Positions 1 to 16,457 of a stretch of 64,000 nt of DNA are shown here, piece after piece. Source of the DNA: the human T2T-CHM13v2.0 reference genome, Homo sapiens; the NCBI RefSeq assembly GCF_009914755.1, contig NC_060925.1. The stretch is one strand, 5' to 3'. The first letter of the stretch is position 1; the number at the start of each line of letters is the position of its first letter. A model generated the notes under the pieces. It saw only the letters and a program-made list of their open reading frames with translations, was not told the DNA's origin and ran no database searches. A program made the translations under genes and the position numbers.

Positions 1-880
1 CACAGCTCTGGGGCACTCTCAGGGCTTATGTTCCTCCCCTGGCTTGGAGGCAGCAGAGGAAGGGACCTTAATAGTGGTTGTGGCCAAAGGTCTTTTGCTT
101 GTCTCCTGGGGGCTCCACCCAAGAGGAGCCGGTTAGCAATTGCTAAGTGCAATCAGCCCAGAACGGAGGGTCTGTGCTGTGGGACCAAGCCCAGGGTTTC
201 CTATCTGGTGACAAGCAGGGGGAGTGGGTGGAACCTGTGGGAGATGAACTGGTCTCCTCTCCTTGGGTCAACTGCAGTTTGTTGTAGGTGTGGATAAGGC
301 ACTTATGGTATTTGTTCATTCATTTGTCTGAGGATAGCAAGGGCAGTTCCACTGCAGACAGCGGTAGCAAGGCTTTTGTTTGCTCCTGGGGGCTCCACCT
401 CCAAGAAATGCAGAACCATAGTTACTGGGGGTGTTCAGCTGGTGGGTGGGGCACCTGCACTGCTGGCATAAGCTTGGGGTTCTGCTTGTTGGGGAGCAAT
501 GGGATGAAGGCTCACAGGGAGAAAAGACTAGTCTCTCGGTATGGTGGCTGTGGTGGTATGCTGTTAAGCTTGGGTGTAGCTCTCAGGTTCTTTGTTTCTT
601 CCCCAGACCAAAGGCAGCAGGGATAGAACTATTACTGTGGCAATGGCAGAGGGGCTGTCATATGCCTCTGGGAGCCTCTCCATGGGGAAACTCTGGGCCA
701 CTACTGGTGGGTATGCTCAGCCATGGGAGAGGTGACTGTTCTGTGTTCATGAGCTGGGGGCCCTACAGCAGCAAAACTGAGAAGACCTGTGATGCCTGCC
801 ATAGTGGATCCCCAAGGGTCCGCACTGGGTGCAGCAAGCAGCCCATATCTCAGTCCCCAGGAGACCACCTGCTGCCAGTT
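1..880 (-). mobile_element. Old L1 (L1PB/L1M-type) 5' UTR fragment
   Basis: GC-rich segments (gggggctccacc, gggtatgctcagccatggg) resemble a reverse-complemented older L1 5' UTR; subfamily and ends approximate. Confidence 0.55.
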
Positions 881-3528
881 CTGAAAAGCCTGGTGACCTC
901 TATGGTAAGTCTGAGGCCATTTATCAAGACCTAGTTCAGACACAAGCACAGTAGGTCCATTCTCTGCTGACCTGGGAGCAGCTCTCTTAGCTTGCCAGCT
1001 CTGGGGGCCTCTGTGCTGCAGTGCAGAACTTCTACACCATGGACTCCCAGGTGGCCTGGGTTCCCTGCTGAGGGCTGGGAATCTCAGCCACCCTGACTTG
1101 TGCCAGGGTCCAGCCCTGGCTGGAGAAGTCCAGAGCTCCTTCTGGGAGAAAGATAGGACCAGCCCTTTTTTGGACCAAAGGTAACTCAGCCTATCTATAG
1201 ATGAGATGAAGCTTGACCTGGGGGTCTCCTGACCCTATTCAGCAAAGAAAACAGGTCTGGGAGTGAAAACAAAGACTTGCTGCTTCTCAGATTCTTCTGG
1301 ATGACCAGCAGTGACAACTTTAGACACACCATGTTAATAACAGAACCTGTGGTGGTTGTAGAAAAGGAATTTGAACAATATACTGAAAATGGTAAACCCA
1401 GTTTTCTTTAAGGCTGATTACTGACAAATTTTGTATTTCATATAAGACATCTGATGTCTTTTGGCTGTCTTATGACAGTCATGCATTTCTGTAAATCAGA
1501 AAATATTATTAGGGTGTAATCATTCATATATGTTTGTATATTAAAAAGAGTAGCAAAATGAATATATATTTATATCTTCCCCACTTGAACTCAGAAAAGG
1601 CTGTAGCTCTTCACTCTCCCAGGCCGAGTCCTCAGAAGATTGATATTCACCAACCTTTAATAGCATTCTCTCTGGAGAAATGCTTCTATTTTTTCAGTTT
1701 GATGAAATCACCATGCCATTGTTTTTACTTTTCATTTTCTTACACAGAATCTAAGACAAGGTATATTAAATGCTTAATGATCCTATTCTTCACCTGGCTC
1801 ATATCATTTACCTAATTTTAAACTTTCTTCTACTCTAAAAATTTCAATTCATCTTATGTATTGTAGAAGATTTTAAATCTAATACAGGTATTGTCTTTTT
1901 TTTTTTTTACATATATTCTATTGGCATTTTACACTGGGATCATGGAATATTTCATTATGTAAATTATTTAATTTTTATGTAGAAAAAAGAAAATTATTTT
2001 GGTGTTTGTTTTGTTCTTTGCTCTATAATTTCCATTACATACTGATTAGATAATTTTTTGAGTATTTTAAATTTTAGGTAATTATGCATTTTATCCATAA
2101 AGAATCTGCATGTGAGAGAGAGAGCTATTTTCTCCTCACTTCTATTTCATCTCCATCCTGACCTCCCCAGAATCCTCAGCTCTTTGTGTAGTTGGATAGC
2201 AGTTTATAATTCCAGTAAATGGGCCTAATTCAATAATATACCACAAATCAGTTTGAAACCAGGACATGCCTTCAAGACACACCCAAATGCCTATATATAT
2301 AATAATACTAAGTTACAATTGATGTAAAAAATAAAATTACAAAAGGATTGTTAAAGTAAATTCAAAGGGACATCAGGCCTAAAAAATCCCTGAGGAAATG
2401 TGTGATCAGAGGCTTTCCCAGGCACACACTGCTCTACAGCCCTACCACACAGGCTTAACCGAGAATTTGACCCCGGAAGGTGACGGATGAACATGTGTCC
2501 TGGTATTCTGATCTACAGAAATCCTGCCCTCTCTTAATGATCCATCCAGAGCTCTAGGATCGTTTCTAGATTTATTTACTACACACAGACTGGAAGTTTT
2601 TGACAGAAGCTTTGAACTGGGAACCCTACCCTGTTCCACCAGCTTCTCTAGAAGTACAATGTTCTAATTACTCCTGAGAGACTCCATCTGAGGGTAACTC
2701 TCTGAGCCAACAAGATTTAAAGTGAGAAGAGGAAAAAGGCAAGAGTCGGGCTATGTCTAGGATTCCCTTACCTGACTTATGTCTTTGGTTTACCCAAGTA
2801 TTGATAAGATTCGTCTCTAGATGGTAGAAACTAGATGGAGGAGCACTAGCTCACAGAAGTAGACAATGGGATCAGTGCTCCATAGATCCAGCTTAAGCTC
2901 AGCCATGAGATACTAAGTCTCTCAGAAAAAAAAGTAACAGTTCTCCATCATCTACCCCCGTAGCCTCAGACAGCTAGGCAGTAAGCATGCATGCTCAATA
3001 AAACTCCACATCCACATCACAGAGAGAGATAGAACAATCCCAAAGGACCGTGAAGGGTGATGTGGAGAGACCAAAAGGATATGAACCCACAGCATCTGCC
3101 CTACCATCTGCTCCAATACTAACCCTGTCCTTTCCCAACATGATTTCCAGATTTTTCTTTGGCCCTCACTAAGGGTGATTCAGAAAGACAAAAAGTTATT
3201 AATGCCCTTCCATTCTCCATATCTCCTGAGGTCTCAGTTGTTTACTCTGCGGGTTTCGGGTAGCTATCCCTCCCCAACTACATCCACAAAATTAGTGTAT
3301 CTCATTCAGCACCAAGAATTTCACCTTTATTCTGGTCACTCCCTACCTTCTCCTAGACATTTTATCTAGAAAAGCCAGATGAAATAGCGACAAAAATGTT
3401 TACATAAAACTCAACCACAACTAAGTTGGAGTATCATAATCCCACTTTGGGCTAGGTTGCCACTCAGCCTACTACAAACTAGGCTTGGGGCAGTTAGGGG
3501 AAAGCTAGGGTTTAGAGCTGATGTGAAA

Positions 3529-3724
3529 GTCAGCTAAAAGCTTGCTACCGAGCCCCTGTCAAGCTGAATCCTAACCCAAGGAGGACTGAGGGCTGCGTAG
3601 CTTTATATTCCACTTTTGAGGTGGGTGTCAGCTAAAAGCTTGCTACAGAGCTCCTGTCAAGCTGAATCCTAACCCAAGGAGGACTGAGGGCTGTGTGGCT
3701 TTATATTCCACTTTTGAGGTGGGT
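3529..3724. repeat. 98-bp tandem duplication (2 copies)
   Basis: gtcagctaaaagcttgctac...ttttgaggtgggt starts at 3529 and again at 3627. Confidence 0.9.
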
Positions 3725-3787
3725 CAATTTGAACTCTCTGAAAGCCCGCAAAAGACTAGCTCTAAACCCTAGTCTAGTACAAACTAA

Positions 3788-4129
<342 letters not shown>

Positions 4130-4647
4130 TGAGATGCATCTTTTCAGGTAGTCAGTGTGGAATCTCAAATTTGGGAAACAGATCTCTACAGCTCTCAACC
4201 ATTTCATTCTTATCCTGGAGGCAGTCAAAAAGAGATTATTCCTTTTTAGAAAGAATTACATTCAGTCAACAAATTGTAACATATGGATCAGGAGAAGGAA
4301 AAGATGGTAAAATCAGCCAATTTTTAGTAGATTTGATGATAAAAGACACAACGTTGTCAGAGTGCAAATGGTTCTGAAATTTGAAAAGGTGACAGAGATT
4401 AGTTTCAAGGGACACATGGTGTGTCTGGAGTCAGTTTTTATGTTGATGGTGTGAGCAGTGACAAGGTATTAACAATACCTTCCAAAGTGAGTCAAAAGGT
4501 CGGTGAAGTCATTCTATTGAGAACGGTCGGGGGCCTCCCACACTGTGAGACAAAAAGATCACCTTTCACCAAGAACCACAAGTCTGGCTGCAGTGCTGCC
4601 CTCAGCATTAGACATGGATTCAGATTCAATCCACAGCCTGGTTATAG

Positions 4648-4989
<342 letters not shown>

Positions 4990-5849
4990 TGAGTGACTGG
5001 ACACAGCAGTAAATCAGCTGCTGAGGTTATTTCCAGTTTGCAGCCTGAAAGGTTTCCTTTTTTCAGACAGTCTATAGTTTTTAATGCAAAAGACCAAACA
5101 GCTATAATGTGAGCAATGACCCTGAGTTCTGACCATTGAGTGGTGTGACCACCCCACTCAGGTTCCGCATGGCTGACACTGAAGTTCAGAAGCCACCATA
5201 GACAGTAGCTCAGTGAACACCATGTATTGGTAAAGCAGGGACAGAAATTTAGGGAATACTTAGTGAAGTGGGGGCCCCATAGAGCCAGAAGCTTTGCTTC
5301 ATATAGTGCAGCAGGGCATAAAATTTCCACCAAAGATAGATTCCGATTTTCCCTTTAGAACTATTTCTGTGCCAGTCCAATTTCCTTCTAGAATACATTA
5401 TTTATATTTAACAAGTAGTCTTTTGAGGTCTTTCATAAGAGTTCAAATTGACCCACCTCAAAATTGGAATACAAAGCTAGGCAGCCCCCAGCCCTCCTTG
5501 AGTTTGGATTCAGTTTGACTGGAGTTCTGTAGCAAGCTTATAACTGACTTTCACATTAGTGTAACCTGCAGTGGTGTCAGGGTGGCTATGAGTCAGACAC
5601 CCCAAAGAATATCTTTAGGTGCAGGCTCTTTTTGTCAAAGGCCTCAAATGGCAAAGTGATCAAGTTTTTCTTGACTGCTGGAAGAATTAAGCAATGAAAA
5701 TATGTCCACTTAGCTTCACTAAACCTTATTTGGAAAGCAGAACTCTGGGTTTTTTTCAGGTCTTCTTGTTATTGAGAAAACAGTGCTTACTATCCAATGT
5801 GCTAAGAGCCAATACATTGAGTTGTCACTGGATTTTTGTTTTTGAGACA

Positions 5850-6610
<761 letters not shown>

Positions 6611-7732
6611 TATCAGCTACATCTACTAGCAGAGAGATATTACTATTCTAGACAGGAGCACTGAGACAGACACCTCTGTCTTTGCAGCTAACAGCTCATG
6701 CAGGGTGAACATTTTGCATATCAGAGTGTAAAGGTTCTCATGATAAAGACTGACCTGCCCTCTGTGGCAAATGGAGAATTCTGTCTCTCTCACACTCTTC
6801 TACCTGTCTCCCACCCAGACTGGAATAATCCCCTCCGGCACTTAGGGGACAGGGAAGCACAAACACATACAACAAAATTCTAACTGTAAATTTTGGTGTA
6901 GAAACACAAGAAGACATTGAGTTAGCCCCAAAGGCCCCACCTCCATTGTTTTGTGACATTTCTGCTTTCATGGTGAACCCTGCCCAAGCCCTGTCAGTGA
7001 AGTTTTGGTATCAGCGAGTACATAGAGAGAGAGAGATTCTCTGCTTATAAGCAAGGCACCAACACCCACATTTCCTTTTAGTTTCTAGCAGCCTGTTGAC
7101 TGCTTTCAGCAAAACCACAAGAACTTACAGTATTTTCTATTTATCCAAAGTGCTCTATCAGCTTTGTGGACTCCTCATTCTTTCCTACTTTGGCTAGGAG
7201 AATGAACATATGAGCACATTTAGACTGCTCCTTTCAATTCTCCCTCTCACACAACAACCTCGCTAACAGGTTGGCGAGTGGAGGGATCTTACTCTTACTC
7301 AACTCTCATTTGGGTAAGAGAATTTGCTACTTGTTCCAGGAAGCCTTCTCATAAGCCCTGGCCAGGTCTGTGAAGAATCTTTCTACTTTCCTCTTATACC
7401 AGGTTATAAGGTTATAGATTTATCAGAATCAATCGCATCATCACCCAAGCTGTCAAAAATGTGAACATTCGTGGATTTTTTTCTATTTGCAAGCCAAAAA
7501 ATGAAGACTGTCAACTTCATGGATATTAGAAGAAGGCATGAGATTCCTAGGCCTGATGAAAAATATTTGATGGTTCATCACACAAATGGAAGCAAGAGCT
7601 CCATATCTGTATCTGTTCCCCACGTCCACTCCAAGTGACAGGGATGATCAAAGAGACCCAACTGGATGCTTTCTGCTCAGTAGATTTTGATCACAGCTGA
7701 GGAATCTCAAGGTTAAGAAATCCCAGTGCTTT

Positions 7733-8094
<362 letters not shown>

Positions 8095-8309
8095 TCAGAG
8101 AAAGGCATAATCTTTATTAAATTGTCCAGGTATTTATTTGGCCTTTGACCTGAAGATACACATCCTTCAAGTCTGTTTCTTTCATTTAAAAAAATCCTGA
8201 AAAAGACAGCCCAGAAGAAACGCTTATACAAGATGTGGGAAAATGAAGTGAGAGATCCATGAAGAATTGTCTTCCAAAAGGGAGCAACATTCCCTTACAT
8301 GTATGAGAA

Positions 8310-8820
8310 TATTGATACAGCCATTATAAAAAACCGTAAGGTGGCTCATCACAATATTAAACTAGAACTACCATATTATCCAGCAAGCCCACTTCTGGGA
8401 TTATATCCAAAGGAAATAAAATCAGTATCTCAGAGAGACTTCTGCAATCCCAGGTTTATTGCAGCATTTTCCACAATAGCCAAAGACACGGAAACAACCT
8501 AAATGCTCATTAATAGATGAATGGATACAGAAATTGTGATACACACACGCAATGAAATATTATTCAGCCATAAAAAAGAATAAAGTCATTTGTGAAAATA
8601 TGAAGCTGGAGAATATTAAGTAAAATAAGTCAGACACAGAAAGACAAATGTTATATGATCTTACTTATAGATGGAGCTTAAAAACATTGAACTCGTAGAA
8701 ACAGACTACATAGTGGTTTCCAGGGGCCAGAAGGTAGGGGAAATGGGGAGACATTGCTGAAAAGGTACAAACTTTCAGTTATAAGATGAATAAGTTCTGG
8801 CATTCTAATGTACAGCACGG
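8310..8820 (+). mobile_element. L1MA/L1MB 3' end
   Basis: actagaactaccatattatccagcaagcccacttctggg...ggtacaaactttcagttataagatgaataagttctgg. Confidence 0.85.
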
Positions 8821-8834
8821 GTGGCAATAGATGT

Positions 8835-9200
8835 TGTCTCAGTCCCTTCCTGCTGCTTTAACAAAATACCTGACTAGGTAGTTTATACATGACATAAACT
8901 CAATTGCTTACAGTTATATAGGCTGGGAAGTGCAAAATCAAGCCATTGGCAGACTGTCTCTGGTGAAGACCTTGGTCTCTGCTTTCAAGATGACATCCTG
9001 AATGTTATGTTCACAGACAGCAGAGGGGCAGAAAGGGCAGAACTCACTCCCTCAAGTCCTTTTATGAAGTCATTCATCTCAATGATGAGGGCACAGCCTT
9101 TATGACCTCACCACCTCCTAAAGGCCCCCACCTGTTAACACTATTGTTTTGGAGTTTAAAGTTTCAACATGAATTTAGGCGGAGGACAAACTTTTAAGTC
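8835..9200 (-). mobile_element. MaLR LTR (MST/MLT1A-like)
   Basis: tgtctcagtcc...aacaaaatacc...cacctccttaaaggccccacc...tttcaacatgaattt. Confidence 0.75.
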
Positions 9201-9530
9201 ACGGCAGATGATACTGATTTTGTAACAATTACCACACAATGTGTATTTGGAGATATCTTGAATATATCCAATATTATCTGTCAACTAATATTTTAAAATT
9301 AAACATACAAATAAATAAAATATGAAAATAACTTATCCATTGAGCAAAAAAGGCCCACTGAAGATTTCTGACCAAAACTACCATTGACTCTTTGGTGCTG
9401 TGGGGCTGCTGAAAACTGAAAGATGAAGAAAATAACAGAATTATACAGTCTTCACAGAAAAGTCAGCTCTGAGGGTGAGATATTAACTTGGGTGAGACAA
9501 TGACAGGTGACAGCAAATGAAAAAGAATTC

Positions 9531-9986
9531 ATTATATTTTGTTAGCTTACTGGAAAAAAATAAAATTACTAGTCATAAATCTCAATTCTGAATCAACTGC
9601 AAAATCAAATTTTAAATATACATCCTGATTAAAAAAACAAAAACAGCATCTCTGTGGCCTTAAAATAGAGAAAGATTTCTTAAATAAAACAAAAAACATT
9701 TAATATGCTGGGGAAAGAACAAATAAAATTCTATTAAAATTAAGACCTTATCAAAATACAGAATAAATTATATTTTGTTAGCTTACTGGAAAAAATGGAA
9801 TTCCTAGCCACAAAAACACTCAATTATGAATGAATTGCAAAATAAAAATTTAAATATACATCCTCATTTAAAAAACAAAATCTCTGTGGCCTTAAGAGAA
9901 ATATTTCTTAAATAAAAAATATTTAATATACTGGGAAAAATAACAAATAAAATTTTATTAAAATTAAGAGCTTATTAAAATACAGA
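9531..9986. repeat. ~235-bp diverged tandem duplication
   Basis: attatattttgttagcttactggaaaaaa...aaaatacagaa occurs twice (~9531, ~9768). Confidence 0.85.
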
Positions 9987-10251
9987 AAGAGAGAGACTGA
10001 GTGAGAGAGATACCAAAGAAAGGAATCCTATCCAGCTTCATGTAAAGAACCACCATAAATCAAGAAGAAAAAGAGCCCTAAAATAGCGGGAGATGAGCAA
10101 AGTAAGTCTTCAAAATAGAGGTTATTCAATAACTAAAAAGTGTGCTGAAATGTTCAAGTCTGTTAGTAATCGGAGAAATGTAAATAAAGCCTGAGACCAT
10201 CACACAGCAACCAGAAGACTAAATGAAAATGACAGAAAATACCATGTGTTG

Positions 10252-10592
<341 letters not shown>

Positions 10593-11940
10593 TTACTTGT
10601 TGGCATGAAAAGTGTTACAAGTAAAAAGTGGTACAATTTTGGAAAACTGGTAATATCACCTACAGCTGAAGAGACGTAAACATACAACACAACAATGTGA
10701 TTATTACACATGTTCCCAACAGAAATTTGTACATGTTTCACCAATACCAATACATTTTCTGGAATTTACATAGCAGCCCTGTTCCTAATACCCTCAACTA
10801 AAACACATGCATATGTGCATCAGCACGGAGTGATTAATTGTCTGATATTCACACAACAGAATTCAATGCTAAAAAAAAAAAACCAAAACAACATGCAGAA
10901 TTACCGAAAAACTCAAAACAACCTACTGGATTTTAAAAGCCATGTACAAAAGGGCTCCTGCTGCATGATGTTTATATAAAGTATAAAAGAGGAAAGTGAC
11001 CTATGCTGTTAGAGATCAATATAGTGTCCATCCCTGAGAATAAGTGACTGGGATCACAAGGTGGTATCTGGTGGTATCTTTGGGCTAAAAATGTTCCCCA
11101 CCCCCCGCTTTTTTTTTTTTTAAGATCTAAAAAGCCTCAGACAAAACTGTCCCCAATATTTAAAACTATATGGTGCTATCCACTTAGGACATGTGCATGT
11201 ATCTTTAAATATTTTAAATACATGTAAGAATTTTTGTTTTAAGTTGAAGGATGCTAAATAGAGTATTGCTGCCCACAGGGCACAGGTATTAAGTTGCTTG
11301 ACACTGCGACAGTGTTTAAAAGTAAGCTACAATTTCTAGGTTAAAAACAAAAATAAAACAAAATATAAATAAATATAATAAATAACTATATATGTAATTA
11401 TATATATATGAGGGAAAAGTAGAATTCTATTAAAATTTAGTACAAAAGATAAAAAGAAAACAGAGTAGGTATTGTGAACGCAGCAACGCAATAAACCCAG
11501 TCCCAAATATATCCATTATAATATTCAACAAAATAGACTAATTATTCCTATTAAAGACAAATATTACCTGATTGTATATAGTTGGATAAATTAACCACGA
11601 ATTACCTAGTACAGTGATATGTTAAATATAATAGACTTTATGGTAAATCATTGTCATTGTAATTACTATTGCTTTTACATTCTTAATGTGCAATTTTTCA
11701 GGATTACTGCTTGATAGATAAGCATAATCTGGGTGTCACACAGAAAAACAATCACACCGTTATGTCCAGATAATGTATTTATGTATGTGAGTATATACTG
11801 TCAGTTTCTTGTAATGTTACTATTTTGTAATTATGTTTACAGTTCTATGGAGATGAGTGAATAAACATATGAGCACTGAACAAACATATACAACCCATGT
11901 ACTTCTGAGAAGATTAAGGGATTTTAAAATTACTTATCTA

Positions 11941-12540
<600 letters not shown>

Positions 12541-13188
12541 TGGTGAGTCATCTGCTATTAGATTTCTGGATGTGAGCACATCACATAACTAGTCTTTTCC
12601 TTTCTTGCTGTAACAATTGCCTTATAACATTTCGGATTTCTACTCATGTAAAGTTACAGGTTTCAGGTACTATCTCTACCTGGAAACAGACAGTGTAGAC
12701 CATCTGTGTGATTAAGGGAAAGAGTTCAGAACCCCAGCAACCCACAGTGGAGAAAACCACCTAAGCCTCCAGTGAGGGCTACTAAATCTTGCTGAAGTTA
12801 GCGTCCATAAGAAGGTCATTTTGTCTAAGTTCATCAAGTCTTGTGGTCACAGGATTATATCTTTAGAATGCTGGTGAGCAGCCATGCTAACGAAAGCCCC
12901 CTTTGGCTAGGAGTTTAGTACTGGGAGGGGTACTGGGAGAGGATAATATAAAGTGATTATTTCCCTTGTCTTTGCTCATCTGCACCTAAATCATGAGGAT
13001 CTATGGATATGCACCTCATCAGAAGAGTGCACATAACAGCAGCAAGAGAAAAAGCAGCACAGAAAACACAAGGTCACTATGCTTTCCTACACAACAATCA
13101 CTTGTCAGGCAACTGTCTGAGATACCTAATTCTCCCCAGAGTGGATGTCTCCTTGTACACGCATATGTGTGACACACACACACACACA

Positions 13189-13562
13189 GATATAAGTTGG
13201 CTCCGTGTCCCCACCCAAATCTCACCTTGACTTGTAATAATTCCCACGTGTCAAGGGCAAGACCAGGTGGAGGTAACTGAATCATGGGGACGGTTTCCCC
13301 CGTGCTGTTCTCATGATAATGAGTGAGTCTCATGAGATCTGATGGTTTTATAAGAATCTGGCATTTTCCCTGCTTGTACTTCTCCTTCCTGCCACCTTGT
13401 GAATTTGTGAAGATGCCTTGCTTCCCCTTCACCTTCTGCCAGGACTGTAAGTTTCCTGAGGCCTCCCTACCATGCTGAACTGGGAGTCAATTAAATCTCT
13501 TTCCTTTGTAAATTGCCCAGTCTCAGGAATTTCTTCATAGCAGTTCAAGAATGAACTAATAA
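13189..13562 (+). mobile_element. THE1 (THE1C/D-like) solo LTR
   Basis: gtgtccccacccaaatctcaccttg...ctgtaagtttcctgaggcctcc...gaactaata. Confidence 0.9.
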
Positions 13563-13619
13563 ACTACATATATATGAAATAACACTATATAGTATATAGC
13601 ACTATAAACTATGCTAGGG

Positions 13620-14300
13620 TACTCAAATTTCTTTCAATATAGATGCAAAATGTCTCAAAAGATGCTACAAAACTGAATTTACCAATATATAAGAAGACTT
13701 ACACTTCATTACCAAGAGAGATTTAACCCCCCAAAAAAGCAATGTTGTTTTTGCATCTAAAAGTCAATTTGGCTGGGCACAGTGGCTCACATCTGTAATC
13801 CCAACACTTTGAGAGGGCAAGGCAGGAGAATCACTTGAGCCCAGGAGTTTGAGACCAGCCTGGGTGACAAAGTTAGACCCAATTTCTTATTTTAGAAAGT
13901 CAATTAATGTGATATACCATGTTAACAGAATAAATTTGAAAAACCACAAGATCATTCCAATAGATGCACAAAAACCATGAGAAAAACTTCAACAACACTT
14001 GACAATGAAATATTCAATAATAATGAACAGCAGGAAACTTTCTCAACCTGCTTTAAGGAATTTATTTTAAAAACCCTCAGCTAACATCATACATGATGAT
14101 AAGACTGGATGCTTTCTTTCTCAGATTAGACACAAGACACTGTTCGATCACAGGTCTCTCTCCTTAAACCAATGTTACCTATGCAAATAGCCAAAAATAA
14201 TGACAATGTAAAGAACAACAGATGAAAATAATAATTCACGTGAGAATATACTCTATAATAAACTTTACATACTTACAAATTGACAGCAACTCTATTAGCA
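13620..14300 (+). mobile_element. L1M ORF2 fragments with a FLAM/Alu monomer at ~13770-13885
   Basis: caatagatgcacaaaaa, cagctaacatcatac; monomer flanked by aaagtcaatt. Confidence 0.7.
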
Positions 14301-14634
14301 AAGAAAATAGACTCATTTATCAATGGCCAATTAATAACAAAATAATTAAACTACACAGAAGTTAAACCTACAAATACATTTCACACATCTACTGTGTAAC
14401 CCACAAAATTTTTAAAAAATTTTAAAAATATTTTATACTTTAAATATTTAAAAAATATTTTTTAAAATGGCTATGCAAGAAAAAAGGAAAAGAAATACAT
14501 TTCAATTTACCCATATAACCAACACACTTTAAAATGGGTAGAAAAAGGAAATTTATTTACCAGCTTAAAAAAGAAGAATACATATTTAACTCTTGTACTA
14601 CTGCTTGAAGAATACTTACAGAAGTCTTGCCTCA

Positions 14635-14930
14635 GCTGGGCGTGGTGGCTCACGCCTGTAATCCCAGCACTTTGGGAGGCTGAAGCGGGCGGATCACGAG
14701 GTCAGGAGATTGAGACCATCCTGGCTAACACGGTGAAACCCCATCTCTACTAAAAATACAAAAAATTAGCTGGGCATGGTGGCAGGCACCTGTAGTCCCA
14801 GCTACTCAGGAGGCTGAGGCAGGAGAATGGCGTGAACCTGGGAGGCAGAGCTTACAGTGAACTGAGATTGTGCCACTGCACACCAGCCTGGGCGACAAAG
14901 TGAGACTCCATCTCAAAAAAAAAAAAAAAA
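14635..14930 (+). mobile_element. AluY-like
   Basis: Full dimer; imperfect TSD aagtcttgcctca/aagtctcacctca. Confidence 0.95.
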
Positions 14931-15016
14931 GTCTCACCTCAATTTTTTTTTTTTCAAAAGAAGTGAAAATCTATATTCTAGAGACTCTCTTCAAAAATGA
15001 GCAACCAATATATTCA

Positions 15017-15619
15017 ATTTATTTATAGCTCCTAAAACATCTCATTCACATAGTGAATTTTCTTGAGAATTGTACTATAATTATTTTCCATAAGGTTTTC
15101 CATAATATTTACATTTACAGGATTTATTTCCAGTGGGAGTTTTCACATGACCTTTAAAGTAATTGTTAAAATTCAGAATTTTCTGTATTTCTAGGATTTC
15201 AATCTGGTGGGCATTCTTTTATTTATAAGGTCAATCTGGAGTATGTGTTACCATGTGTCTCTGAGTGAGTTATAGGATAAATGAAGGCATTCTCACATTC
15301 GATACCTTCATAAAGTTTTTCTCTAGAATGAGTTATGTTATACCATCAAATACCACTGGAACAACTGCAGGCCTTACCACATTTTAAACATTCATATGGA
15401 TTTTCTTCAGTGAGTCCTTTCAAGTTTTCAAAAAGAAATGGAAAAATTGAATGCTTTACCTTATTGCTTATAGTCATAGGGTTTATCTCCAGTTTGATTC
15501 GTTTCATGTATTTGAGGAAATCTGGGAAAATTAAGTACTTTCCTACACCTTACATTCACAGTTTCTCTCAAGTATGTGACTGTTCATGTTTTTGACAAAA
15601 ACTGTAGTGATTAAAGCCT
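15017..15619 (-). other. ZNF124: ZNF124 3' UTR made of decayed zinc-finger repeats, with candidate AATAAA sites
   Basis: Finger-linker-like repeats continue past the stop; minus-strand AATAAA (tttatt) near 15018, 15123 and 15218. Confidence 0.65.
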
Positions 15620-16457
15620 TTACATTTTTTTACATTTATAGGGCTTTTCTCCAGTATGAGTTTTTTTATGCTTCCAAAGGGTACTAGCACGACTAAAGGC
15701 TTTGCCACATTTCTGACATTCATAGGGTTTCTCTCCAGTATGAGTCCTTTCATGGTCACGAAGGGAACTGGAACATCTGAAGCCTTTACCACAATTGTTA
15801 CATACATAGGGTTTCTGTGCAATATGAGTTTTCTCGTGTTTCTGAAGGGAACTGGCGTATCTGAAGGCTTTCCCACATTGCTTACATGGATAGGGTTCTT
15901 CACCAGCATGAGCCTTTATATGTCCTTGCAAGGAACTGAGACAACTGAAAGCTTTGCCACATTCCATGCACACATAAGGTTTCTCTCCAGTGTGAGTTCT
16001 TTCATGGTAATGAAGGCAATTGGAGTAACGGAAGGCTTTCCCACAGTGCTTACATTCATAGGGTTTCTCTCCAGTATGAGTTCTTTCATGGTCACGAAGG
16101 TGACTGGAACGACTGAAGGCTTTCCCACATTGCTTACATTCATAGCGTTTTTCTCCAGTGTGAATCCTTTTATGTCTATTAAGAGAACGGGAAAAACCTA
16201 AGGCTTTCCCACATTCCATACATTCATAGGGTTTCTCTCCAGTGTGATTTCTCTGATGTATCTGAAATGAACTGGGAATATTAAAAACTTTCTCACATAT
16301 TGTACAACCATAATGTCCATTTCCAGTGTGCATTACTGTGTCTCTGTGAACCCTTGTGACAGAAAGGGAAGTTTTCTGACATTGTTTACATGTACATGGC
16401 TTCTTTCCGCATTCCTCACACCCATATGGGTTGTTTCCAGAATGAGATATGATGTGC
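15620..16457 (-). CDS. ZNF124: ZNF124 exon 4, C2H2 array (8 intact + 1 degenerate finger)
   Basis: Acceptor cttcatag|G gives ...NLR-HIISHSGNNPY...YKCKKM*; spliced CDS 30+127+61+838=1056 nt = 351 aa, matching the ZNF124 protein as I recall it. Confidence 0.93.

Noticed and set aside
28-949. Overlapping ORFs up to 167 aa
   Set aside because: Lie in L1 5' UTR-like sequence with no recognisable domain
3529-3724. Tandem units as a CRISPR-like array
   Set aside because: Eukaryotic DNA, two copies, no spacers
15656-16201. 181-aa plus-strand ORF and alternative-frame minus ORFs over the ZNF124 array
   Set aside because: Antisense and shifted-frame shadows of repetitive C2H2 codons
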